Assembly (NCBI RefSeq): GCF_965230805.1
Contig: NZ_OZ246019.1
Location: 4,581,941 to 4,645,940, forward strand
Direction: 5' to 3'
DNA from: Marinifilum sp.
GTDB lineage: Bacteria > Bacteroidota > Bacteroidia > Bacteroidales > Marinifilaceae
DNA length: 64,000 nt
Both the position numbers and the translations under genes were made by a program. Every line of letters starts with the position of its first letter. The stretch's first letter is position 1. The notes below the pieces were generated by a model, which did not search any database, was not told the DNA's origin, and was given only the letters and a program-made list of their open reading frames with translations. This document shows, piece after piece, positions 55,281 through 64,000 of the stretch.

Positions 55281-58200
55281 AGTTCTTTGTAGCCAATTAG
55301 TTTACCATTCCAATATTCCTCTACACTAGTTAACTCGCCCGTTTCATTGTAGTTTTTAGATTGCCCGAACAAAGCGCCCATCTTATAAGTTTTTTGTCTT
55401 TTAAGCTTTCCGTTCGTACGATAAGTGCAACATTCACCCTCTTTCTCATCCTGAGCGTAATGATTTTTACTTCTCAAATTTCCATTCATATCTCTCAGAA
55501 TCTCTTCACCTGTTTTATCTCCATTGGCATATTCCATTACCAATATCTCTTTTCCATTTCTGAAAAAGTGAGTTCGTTTGCCCTCGAACTTTCCATTTTT
55601 GTATGTGCATTCAACACTAGGCTTTCCATTGTCGTAATAGGCCTTTATTGTTCCGCTCCCGTTTTCAAGATAAATGGTATCGCACAAAGCTCCATTTTTG
55701 TTGTACTGACAGGCATAAATTTCACCATCAACATATATCTTTTTAAGCATTAAGTTTCCTTCCGGATCGTAATAAAACAAATCGCCATGCTTCTGGTCAT
55801 TTTTGTAGTTCGATTGAGATTTTATCTGTCCGTTTTTCCAATAAACAGTGTAGGTAGAATCCAATTGATCTGCAATGTAATGATAGGTTCTCTCCAATTT
55901 ACCATCATCGTAATAATCATTCCATTCTCCTTCTCGATATCCATCGAACAACTGACCTTTGGTTTCTATTTTTCCATTTAAATAATATCGGAGGTAGTCT
56001 CCCGAGGCATTGTCATTTTCAAAATGTTTCTCAACAAATTTGCTCCCATCGGCATGGTACCATATTAAATTGCCATTCATCTTTCCTGCTTGTATTTCGC
56101 ATTCTCCTTCAAGGGTATTGTTGCAGTTCATAAATTTGCGTTTGTTAGCGGTGAGCAAAATTTGTGAATTCATCACTTTCCCTTTCTGATTGTATTCACA
56201 AATCTCTACCGGAACATCTTTAACTAATTTGGTTCTTAGTATTGGTTTTCCATCAACGGCATAGTTCCACATCCATCCTGTTGCCACTCCCTTTTTAAAT
56301 GAATTCTCTTGCTCCAAGCTGCCATCAACATAAAAGTTCATCCACAAACCATCCATTTTCCCATCAACAAATTGTCCTTTTACTTTTACATTTCCATTGT
56401 TGTGGTATTCGAAGTATGCACCATTTTCCTTTCCATTGGAGTAGTTCTTTTTGTAATGGATATTACCATTTTTATAATACAAAATCACTTCCCCCTCTAA
56501 CAATCCATTCTTAAAATGCGATGATTCCTGAACTTTTCCGTTACGATAGTATGAGAAACGCTCGCCGTCTTTATTTCCTTTAACAAATTGCCCTTTGGCT
56601 ACCAACAGCCCATCAGGACTATAAGTTTCGTAGGCAAAGCTTCCATCATCCGATCCACTTTGTTTGATCGTATCTCCTTTGGCATTTAATGAAATACTTG
56701 CAATAATGGTATCATTTCTGAACTTCTCAATGATTTGAATCTTCCCATTCTTATAAATTGAATAATCACCACTCAATTGTCCTTTATCATTGCATTGGTA
56801 CTGATATAAAATATTTCCTCGGTTATCAAATTCACTAACCGCTCCGGTTTTTTTACCATCCTTGTAACGAATCTGTGATTTCTTTACACCATTTTTGTGA
56901 TAATATTCCCAGGTGCCATCTTCTTTACCATCCACATATTTTCCTGTAACCGACAAGCTTCCGTCTGAATAATATTCGGTATACCCGCCTACTCTTAATC
57001 CGTTGTTAAACTTAACTGCATAAAACAAGTTGCCATTGGGATGAAAACGCTTGTAATCGCCATGCACCTCTTTATTCTTGTAGGTAAATATGGCTAAAGT
57101 ATCACCAGTTGGATAAAGAGCGTATCCCGGTCCATCTAATATATCATTCTGATAATGATTGAGCTCTGCAATAATTTTGTTGGGAAACAAGAATTTTACA
57201 TCTCCTTCCAACACCCCCATTTGATAATTTATGGCAGTTCTTTGGTTTCCATATGAATCGAAATCCATATAAATTCCGTTTAGCTTGCCATCAACATATG
57301 AGCAAGTAGTTTCTTTATAGCCATTTACATTGTTGTAGATCCATGCTCCTTCTTTCTTTCCATCGATAAACTTACCTACTGCTTGCAAACATCCATTCGG
57401 AAAATAATATTGCCACTCTCCGCTTTCCTGTCCTTCTGAATTTAAATTCCCAATAGATTCCAATGTACCCGAATCGTTATGCTTACAAGCTATTTTTGTA
57501 CTATCATTAATCCATCTATAGCTTCTATAATGCCCCAGGTAATTACCAGTTGCATAAAATTCCTTTAAAGATTTTTCATTGTCCTTCGACCACTGATTAA
57601 TGCTTTTGCGACGTGCAGAACGCAATACCGTATTTAACAACTCTTTTACAAAACCATTGTTTTTGGTGTTTTGATAAAATGGAAAGTAAAACTCTGCCCA
57701 AAAATCTTTCTCATTTGTATCATATGGCAATTTTTCAAGAATCAATTGGGTTTGTTTTACCAATGAAGCATTAAACTCATAAGCAGGCTTAAAACGAGAG
57801 TTCAAAACAATTTTTGCCCTAAAATAATGATCCAGGTCCTCAAACAGTTCATTCGGAATAAAAGGATCAATTCTTTTTCCTACATAGCTGGTATCGATAT
57901 AATTGTTTGACAGATTTTCCAAACAAATCAATGCCTTGTTGCTTCTATCTGAATTTGGTTCGAGCAAAAGAAATGTTTGCAGCGACATAAACGCATGGCT
58001 ATACTGTCCCTGAGCAGCTGCAATTTTTCCCAGCATCAAATGGCTGGATGTGTGAAATGGATTAGACTTTAAGGCCTTCTGAAAGTATTCAAACGCTTTT
58101 GAATAATTTTCTACCCGATAATAAGTTATTCCAAGATTATAGAGTAATAAATAATCGTAAGGATATTTGTTCAAAGCCTTGGCATATATTTCAATTGCTT

Positions 58201-58531
58201 TATCCGTATCTCCCTTTTCATCATATGCCGTGGCCATGGTTCTCATGATATGATTTTCATAAGCACTTGCATCACTCAATGCCTGTTCGCATGTTTCTAT
58301 CGACTTATCATACTCTTTATTCATCATATAGCTCATCGCCAATTCACTCATCATATGCAAGTAGTTGGTATCGGCAGGATGAACTTTTTTATAGATTTGA
58401 ATTGCTTCGGAATATTTTCCCTCATCGTATAGGGCAATTCCCTTCTTAATAAATTCGAAAGAGTTGTATTCCTGATTGTAGGCAAATAGTGCATACAATA
58501 AAAACAAAGTACATAGAACATTTTTTTTCAT
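55277..58531 (-). CDS. Secreted TPR-repeat + MORN-variant (YwqK-like) repeat protein, 1084 aa
   Basis: Signal peptide MKKNVLCTLFLLYALFAYNQ. N-terminal TPRs (GKYSEAIQIYKKV..., NYSKAFEYFQKALKSNP). More than 20 G-x-x-x-G-x-W-x-x-Y-x-x-NG type repeats. Confidence 0.7.
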   Translation of the reverse strand: MKKNVLCTLFLLYALFAYNQEYNSFEFIKKGIALYDEGKYSEAIQIYKKVHPADTNYLHMMSELAMSYMMNKEYDKSIETCEQALSDASAYENHIMRTMATAYDEKGDTDKAIEIYAKALNKYPYDYLLLYNLGITYYRVENYSKAFEYFQKALKSNPFHTSSHLMLGKIAAAQGQYSHAFMSLQTFLLLEPNSDRSNKALICLENLSNNYIDTSYVGKRIDPFIPNELFEDLDHYFRAKIVLNSRFKPAYEFNASLVKQTQLILEKLPYDTNEKDFWAEFYFPFYQNTKNNGFVKELLNTVLRSARRKSINQWSKDNEKSLKEFYATGNYLGHYRSYRWINDSTKIACKHNDSGTLESIGNLNSEGQESGEWQYYFPNGCLQAVGKFIDGKKEGAWIYNNVNGYKETTCSYVDGKLNGIYMDFDSYGNQRTAINYQMGVLEGDVKFLFPNKIIAELNHYQNDILDGPGYALYPTGDTLAIFTYKNKEVHGDYKRFHPNGNLFYAVKFNNGLRVGGYTEYYSDGSLSVTGKYVDGKEDGTWEYYHKNGVKKSQIRYKDGKKTGAVSEFDNRGNILYQYQCNDKGQLSGDYSIYKNGKIQIIEKFRNDTIIASISLNAKGDTIKQSGSDDGSFAYETYSPDGLLVAKGQFVKGNKDGERFSYYRNGKVQESSHFKNGLLEGEVILYYKNGNIHYKKNYSNGKENGAYFEYHNNGNVKVKGQFVDGKMDGLWMNFYVDGSLEQENSFKKGVATGWMWNYAVDGKPILRTKLVKDVPVEICEYNQKGKVMNSQILLTANKRKFMNCNNTLEGECEIQAGKMNGNLIWYHADGSKFVEKHFENDNASGDYLRYYLNGKIETKGQLFDGYREGEWNDYYDDGKLERTYHYIADQLDSTYTVYWKNGQIKSQSNYKNDQKHGDLFYYDPEGNLMLKKIYVDGEIYACQYNKNGALCDTIYLENGSGTIKAYYDNGKPSVECTYKNGKFEGKRTHFFRNGKEILVMEYANGDKTGEEILRDMNGNLRSKNHYAQDEKEGECCTYRTNGKLKRQKTYKMGALFGQSKNYNETGELTSVEEYWNGKLIGYKEL

Positions 58532-58751
58532 GAGAGTAAAAGCTTTATGATTATGGACATATTAAGATTGATGTTTTAGTATTATAGCATCTTACATATA
58601 ATATCGATCTGTATAAAAATAATTAAATAGTTGAGTTTACATATTTGATAACCAGATTAATATTGATTTTTAAGCTAATTCATAATGATTTTATCTAAAA
58701 AAATAAGCATCTGTGTCCGAATGGCATAAAGCAGATCCTGTACTACCCCAC

Positions 58752-58785
58752 AAAAAAAAAAGGCCTTCCAAAACGGAAGACCCCC
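58752..58785 (-). terminator. Terminator after the 70-aa ORF
   Basis: Minus strand: GGGGGTCTTCCGTTTTGGAAGGCC followed by T10. Confidence 0.7.
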
Positions 58786-58823
58786 AGCAAACAGCATGTT
58801 TTGCTATTTCTACTCTTAACAGT

Positions 58824-59036
58824 CTAATTACCTGAGTTAATAACCGGAGTTCGATTTGAATTAAACACCTCCTGAACAATCCTTTTGTGAGATTGAAATA
58901 GCTCTACTTCTACCCATTTGCACAACTCTCTTTGTTCAGATGAACTCAACCATTTTATTGATTTGGTTAATTCCCTTTTAAATAAGTTTAAATCATCTGA
59001 AACCGCATTCAATACCATTTTTTGATGTTCCAACAT
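58824..59036 (-). CDS. Small conserved-looking hypothetical protein (70 aa)
   Basis: MLEHQKMVLNAVSDDLNLFKRELTKSIKWLSSSEQRELCKWVEVELF..., with its own strong terminator. No family name recalled. Confidence 0.45.
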   Translation of the reverse strand: MLEHQKMVLNAVSDDLNLFKRELTKSIKWLSSSEQRELCKWVEVELFQSHKRIVQEVFNSNRTPVINSGN

Positions 59037-59230
59037 TCTTTGTTTGTTTTTATTGGTGGCAGTTAAAGAATTGATCTAATATTTAATAATTCGTAAATAA
59101 ATTCAATTCTTTACCAATACCAGCATTAGCATGAAATACGCCTCGTTCTATTGGCCTTTTGCCAGATGGAAGCCACAAGATCAAAATAATCATTATCCTG
59201 TGTTTAATAATTGTTTTAATCATGCTCGTT

Positions 59231-59728
59231 TCACAGCAAAACTGGTATAATCTGTTTAGCCCACTTGTTAATTCTATCTTCCGTTAAATCTCCCTGGTTT
59301 TCCTCATCAAGAGCCAAACCAATAAATTTTCCGCCTACTACAGCTTTTGATTTCTCAAAATCATAAGTATATGTATCAACCGATCCAATAAGTTTACAAG
59401 CTTTATTCTTCACAATCTTGTATAAGGTTCCCATTCCATCAACAAAGGTATCCGGATTACTGCAAGCATCACCGAAGCCAAAAATTGCCACTACTTTTCC
59501 ATTTAGATTTGCCACTTCGAGCTCTGAGATAAAATCTTCCCAATCATCCTGCAAATCGCCGGCACCCCAGGTTGAAGTCCCTAAAATAAGATTATCATAT
59601 TGGTTTAATGCATCACATGGGTTCGAAGAAACATCAAATACATCTGCTTTTAATAAACCGGCTAGTTGATTTGCAGCATTTTCTGTATTCCCGGTAGTGG
59701 AACCGTAAATAATAGCTGTTTTACTCAC
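59231..59728 (-). CDS. Long-chain flavodoxin (second paralogue)
   Basis: (M)SKTAIIYGSTTGNTENAANQL, GTSTWGAGDLQDDW, IFGFGDACSNPDTFVDGMG. GTG at 59728, preceded by GGAG, is preferred over the TTG at 59788. Confidence 0.85.
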   Translation of the reverse strand: MSKTAIIYGSTTGNTENAANQLAGLLKADVFDVSSNPCDALNQYDNLILGTSTWGAGDLQDDWEDFISELEVANLNGKVVAIFGFGDACSNPDTFVDGMGTLYKIVKNKACKLIGSVDTYTYDFEKSKAVVGGKFIGLALDEENQGDLTEDRINKWAKQIIPVLL

Positions 59729-59959
59729 TCCTAATTGTTTTAGTTTGTTACACTTGAATTGAGTCCTTCTTTGTTTAGAATAATTCAAAATTAAAGGTCA
59801 TATCAGAAGCAAACAATCCTAAGAAATGATGATTTTTAAAAAGAACCCAAGTGATTATATACATTATCGAATAATAGCATATCAGTATCACACCAAGAAG
59901 CTGTTTTTAATATTCATACTTCTGTTAAAGGCTTTTTAGAATGCAGACTTAAATCGAGC

Positions 59960-60784
59960 TTAGTTTAATGTATAATGAAGAATTCGCCCCCCGTATTTAA
60001 ATCTAGGAACAATAGACATGATAAAACCCATCATAAATCCTACCTTTTTCCATCCCGGAAAGTCGGAATAAAGATATGTTTTGATATGACACAAATTTTG
60101 CCCCCAGCTTTCAATCAACATATCATCATCTAAGCCAAATTCAAATTTTGCTTTACTATGCTTTAGGGAATCATGCCTATGAGAGTGTTTAGATAACCAT
60201 TTGCTTACAATGTCAAAATGGATTTCACTCTTTGTAAATCGTTCTGACAAATTGAAATAAAACTCTTTCAGGTCACTTTCATCGAAATACATTACTACCC
60301 CTTCAATTATAAATATTATCGGATTTTTAGGGTGTTTTTCTTTAATATAGTCCATCCAATCGGTATCAAACATCGATGAAGAGATGTACTTATTGTTTTC
60401 GGATTCAGGCAATAGCTTTTTTCTAAATTGAATAACTTCTGCAATATCCAACTCATAAAACATTGCATCCTTGTTGCAATCTTTTAATCGTTCGTAGCGT
60501 GCATCCAGTCCACAGCCCAGAATTACCACAACAGGATTTAACTTCCTGCTAATAAAATCACGAACCTGTTCATCAAAATGATTGGATCGTACCACTACAC
60601 CCACAGAACTGCGAATTGCTTTATTGTATTTTGAAAAGTCGTAATCGATGGCTTCATACATTTCACATGCTTTCTCATCATATAAAATCGGATCCTTTTT
60701 CTTGGTTTCCAATGCTTTCATGTAAAGCGTAATGTAAAGCGTATCGGCAATATTATCTTGCAAAGTATTTTTTAGTTTTTCCAT
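59960..60784 (-). CDS. Class I SAM-dependent methyltransferase (leucine carboxyl MT / TcmP-like)
   Basis: VVILGCGLDARYERL motif and a size of about 270 aa. Confidence 0.6.
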   Translation of the reverse strand: MEKLKNTLQDNIADTLYITLYMKALETKKKDPILYDEKACEMYEAIDYDFSKYNKAIRSSVGVVVRSNHFDEQVRDFISRKLNPVVVILGCGLDARYERLKDCNKDAMFYELDIAEVIQFRKKLLPESENNKYISSSMFDTDWMDYIKEKHPKNPIIFIIEGVVMYFDESDLKEFYFNLSERFTKSEIHFDIVSKWLSKHSHRHDSLKHSKAKFEFGLDDDMLIESWGQNLCHIKTYLYSDFPGWKKVGFMMGFIMSIVPRFKYGGRILHYTLN

Positions 60785-60869
60785 CTTAATTCTATTGGGA
60801 GTAAGGGAATAAGCTTGTGATTTATGATACCAATCGCATCAGAAACATCATTAGGTTTTAAATGAGGGC

Positions 60870-61904
60870 TCATACATCTTGTATCTTTCTGGCAGCCAAA
60901 ATAAGTTCCGGATACGCTAATCGGTAGTTGGGAGCTTTGGTTGATATGATTTCAAATCCTGTATCAAGTAATGCCTTCCTAAGCATATCTTCTTTTAAAC
61001 AATGAGTTGGAAATCCCATGCTTCGAGTAATTAACTCAACAATACAAAGCGTTAAATGATGATCTCCTTTCATGCCTCCGCTAATGTGATTGGAAACAAA
61101 CAAGGCACCTATTTTCATTGATTTATTAATTCTTTTTAATATACAAGCAAGGCTTTCGGGTGTATCATATTTGTATAAAAAATGTGATGAAAAGAAAAAG
61201 TCATAATCACATCCAAAATCATCCCCTTTAATTAAATCAAACGAATGGTAGCTTACACGATTATAATTTTTTTCATCCTTTTTAATTTGAAGCGCAATCT
61301 TACAAACTTGTTCCAAATCGTAAACATGAGCATGCAAATCGGGGTTTTCGTTTAAAAAAGCATAGGAATAGTAACCCGAATTACCGGCAAAATCGCACAT
61401 TTTCTTTGCTCTTTTAAATTCGGGTATTTCTTTAACAAAGGCCAACACATTTTGCAAAGCTCCTGCTTTTGTGCCCTGTTCAATTCCTCGCATGGCACTT
61501 TCGTTGCTCCAGGCATGCTGATCAAAATCTACGATATTCCCCTTTAATGCTTCTGTTAAATTTGCCAAAGGCCCGTTATGGGTAGTAAATTGTTTAATTG
61601 CTCCCAACTGGTTGAATTCGGATGCTTGTGTAAGAAATTCATCTGCCAATGGACTTAGTTTGTAGATACTTTTATCTTTTTCCAAATAAGTAAGAGCTAG
61701 CAGTACCTCAAGTAATGCATCCATAATTCTCTCATCGGCACCACAAACATCGGTAATTTGGGCACACGACATTGGTTTGTAGCGCAATTCATCAAAAACT
61801 CCTATATCAATGGCCGCGCTGATAATATTTGGCAAATAGCTTCTATAAACAAGGTTATTAATCTCGCTGTAAGCGGTTTTTGGTGTTGCTGTATTCGTTG
61901 TCAT
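60870..61904 (-). CDS. O-methyltransferase family 2-like protein with N-terminal dimerisation/winged-helix domain
   Basis: CDFAGNSGYYSYAFLNENPDLHAHVYDL (SAM-binding) and a 344-aa layout. Confidence 0.55.
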   Translation of the reverse strand: MTTNTATPKTAYSEINNLVYRSYLPNIISAAIDIGVFDELRYKPMSCAQITDVCGADERIMDALLEVLLALTYLEKDKSIYKLSPLADEFLTQASEFNQLGAIKQFTTHNGPLANLTEALKGNIVDFDQHAWSNESAMRGIEQGTKAGALQNVLAFVKEIPEFKRAKKMCDFAGNSGYYSYAFLNENPDLHAHVYDLEQVCKIALQIKKDEKNYNRVSYHSFDLIKGDDFGCDYDFFFSSHFLYKYDTPESLACILKRINKSMKIGALFVSNHISGGMKGDHHLTLCIVELITRSMGFPTHCLKEDMLRKALLDTGFEIISTKAPNYRLAYPELILAARKIQDV

Positions 61905-62118
61905 ATCTGGTTTATTTGATTGTTTTCAGCGCTAATGTCTCATTTATTCTATGATCTAACAATCCTCATTTCTGATTATATTATAGCAGTATTACCCTTT
62001 GCTGATCGATTGTAAATACTTAAATACTTGTTGATTATATCATGCTTATCTGCACAAATAAAGTGCTACGGCTATGCGGATACAAGGTATCCTAACCGCA
62101 GCACTTCCCACATATCAA

Positions 62119-62907
62119 CTATCTTTCTATGTAACGGGTTGTAAAATAGGAATCAGGTAAACCCGGATTGTACTTTATTTCTTTAATCACATTGGTTGAT
62201 TTTCTGCCATTTTGAATGTTTTTGATCTCAATATTGGTCAATCGATATTTATGATTGGTTTTATCAAGCTCTTTGTATTCTTTTACAATCATAATTTTTT
62301 CCTTATCGCCATACAAATCAAAGTATACAGATTTGATGCTTACAAAATTTTCTTTGTTGATATAAGTAATCTTCTTCGAAAAGCCATTTTCATTCTCAAC
62401 CTCTTCGTTAATTGGCCTTTCTTCTATCACATAACAGATCTGGCCTAAAATGTTTTCCTCTCCTATCATTTTATAATGATATTCATCCACATTTGGGAGA
62501 GTCATATCAGCATACGAAAATTCGGTGCCCATAAAGCTTTTTGCATTTTCCGAATTGATAATTCTTCTGGTTTTTCTTAGGGCCGGCATATAAATCCACT
62601 TGTCATCATCCTCTTTGTTGTAATCGAAGGTTAAAAAGCCGGTTCCTTTAACATCGGCAGGTTGCAAGAACTTTAGTAATTTTTTCTCGGTTTTGCCGCC
62701 ATCATACAACTTGGTAATCGAAGCCAATTCACGAATTCGCGTTTGCCCATTTTCATTAATGGTAGTTATCGTAGCCAAACCCTCTGTTCCCTTAACACGG
62801 GTAGCTTCAATCGATTTTTCTTTAATCTGCTTGCCGTTAATTTTTTGTGCTACAACAGCATTAAAAAACATCACAAGAAGCAATAATGTAATCGGTATTC
62901 GTTTCAT
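62119..62907 (-). CDS. LolA-like outer-membrane lipoprotein-sorting protein
   Basis: Signal peptide MKRIPITLLLLVMFFNAVVAQ; ...FLQPADVKGTGFLTFDY...WIYMPALRKTRRI...FMGTEFSYADM. Confidence 0.65.
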   Translation of the reverse strand: MKRIPITLLLLVMFFNAVVAQKINGKQIKEKSIEATRVKGTEGLATITTINENGQTRIRELASITKLYDGGKTEKKLLKFLQPADVKGTGFLTFDYNKEDDDKWIYMPALRKTRRIINSENAKSFMGTEFSYADMTLPNVDEYHYKMIGEENILGQICYVIEERPINEEVENENGFSKKITYINKENFVSIKSVYFDLYGDKEKIMIVKEYKELDKTNHKYRLTNIEIKNIQNGRKSTNVIKEIKYNPGLPDSYFTTRYIER

Positions 62908-62933
62908 ATCTTTTTATTTTATCAATTTATATT

Positions 62934-64000
62934 TTAAACCAACTCCTCTTCTTCTATTAAAACCAATGGCTTTTCGGATTGAGTAATGGCAAGCTTTGCC
63001 GGTTCTAAAAATCTTGGTCGGATAATAATGCATAAGGCAGGAATAATAACAAGAGAAGCCAACAAACAAGCCGAAATGGTAATGATAACCAATACACCAA
63101 AGAATTTTACCGGCATAAAACTTGAAAACAACAATGCTGAAAATCCAATGATAACCGAAAGAGCATTAAAAAGTATGCCTCGTCCGGTAGTTTGAAGAGT
63201 AATAACAGTTGCATCTTTAAGGCTTTCTCCTCTAAGCCTTAACGACCTGTATTTCCAAATATAGTGTATGGTATAATCGATGCCTACACCAATCATTATA
63301 GATGACAAGAGTGCTGTAACAATATTTAGGTCGATGCGAGAGAATCCCATGATTCCAAACAAAACTACAATTGAAAACAGAAGAGGAACCGTTGAGATTA
63401 CTGCCGCCATCAATGAACGGAAAACAATCATTAATAGAATAAACACGAGTGCAATGGCACAAACCAGCGAAAGCAACTGACCATTTACCACACACAGGTC
63501 TAACTCCGAAAAGACCGCAGAATTCCCCCCTATGTATTGCACATCAGCGTCGTCTCCCACAATTTTCTGAATCTCGGCAATTCCTTCGCGAAGCTTTGGT
63601 GTACTCGTACTCGTAAATCTTAACAATAGCATGGCGTGTTCAAAATTGAAGTCTATCATTTTTTCAAGATCATCGGGATCACCACTCATCAGGTACAACT
63701 CTAAATATTGTGCAACTGCATTATATGTATCAGGAATTCGATCATACAAATCATCTTCGGGATCGTTTATGGCTCTGCTGATTTGCCTCATAACTTTGGC
63801 TATGGAAGTTGTTGCACCTACGGTAGGTATGTTTTTAACCTCTTTCTCAATCCTGTCTATCTTCTTCATTAGTTCAGGCTCTTTAATATCACCTTTAAAA
63901 ACAATAGACAAAGGAAAATAACCACCCAAATCAGAATTCAGTTTGTCGGCAGAGCTAACAACAGGATGATCATCTGCAAAATATTTTATGGGATCGGTAT
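62934..64000 (-). CDS. MMPL/RND-superfamily transporter, C-terminal part (5' end outside the window)
   Basis: The frame stays open past the TTG at 63929 to the window edge. It has a periplasmic loop followed by 6 TM helices (LVFILLMIVFRSLMAAVISTVPLLFSIVVLFGIMG...). Confidence 0.75.
   Translation of the reverse strand, partial: TDPIKYFADDHPVVSSADKLNSDLGGYFPLSIVFKGDIKEPELMKKIDRIEKEVKNIPTVGATTSIAKVMRQISRAINDPEDDLYDRIPDTYNAVAQYLELYLMSGDPDDLEKMIDFNFEHAMLLLRFTSTSTPKLREGIAEIQKIVGDDADVQYIGGNSAVFSELDLCVVNGQLLSLVCAIALVFILLMIVFRSLMAAVISTVPLLFSIVVLFGIMGFSRIDLNIVTALLSSIMIGVGIDYTIHYIWKYRSLRLRGESLKDATVITLQTTGRGILFNALSVIIGFSALLFSSFMPVKFFGVLVIITISACLLASLVIIPALCIIIRPRFLEPAKLAITQSEKPLVLIEEEELV

Noticed and set aside
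59083-59223. A 46-aa minus-strand ORF (MIKTIIKHRIMIILILWLPSGKRPIERG...) between the second flavodoxin and the 70-aa gene.
   Set aside because: It is below the level of evidence I can support. It may be a small membrane peptide but has no recognisable family.

Overview
This is a chromosomal segment that looks Bacteroidota-like. The evidence is an rpmB-rpmG-DUF4295 operon, a TonB-dependent receptor with a CarboxypepD_reg-type N-terminus, DUF3857/transglutaminase and MORN-variant genes, TAnnTTTG promoter motifs and a 47-nt CRISPR repeat. Most of the window is housekeeping or core metabolism: clpC (partial), tpx, rimO, ftsY, rpmB/rpmG, lgt, secA, a photolyase, a MutS-related ATPase, an M3 peptidase, ferritin, two flavodoxins and a Kef-type antiporter. 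The main accessory feature is a complete type II-C-style CRISPR-Cas locus at 39.6-50.4 kb. It has cas9 (1776 codons, very AT-rich), cas1 and cas2 on the minus strand, and a 45-unit array of 47-nt repeats. I also predict a tracrRNA on the plus strand, divergent from cas9. This block, together with an HU gene, is bracketed by inverted copies of an 87-bp repeat core, and those copies sit in tandem or direct repeats on both sides. Other structures of interest: two copies of a 269-bp MITE-like element with 24-bp perfect terminal inverted repeats; a phased array of ten GCTACAGG motifs at 20-21 bp spacing; a LexA-like/DinB/DnaE2 mutagenesis cassette with a candidate operator; and an iron-related cluster with a 14-bp perfect palindrome at the receptor promoter. 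I saw no rRNA, tRNA, transposase or integrase gene. All coordinates, counts and GC values were derived by hand from the sequence, and no database search was possible.
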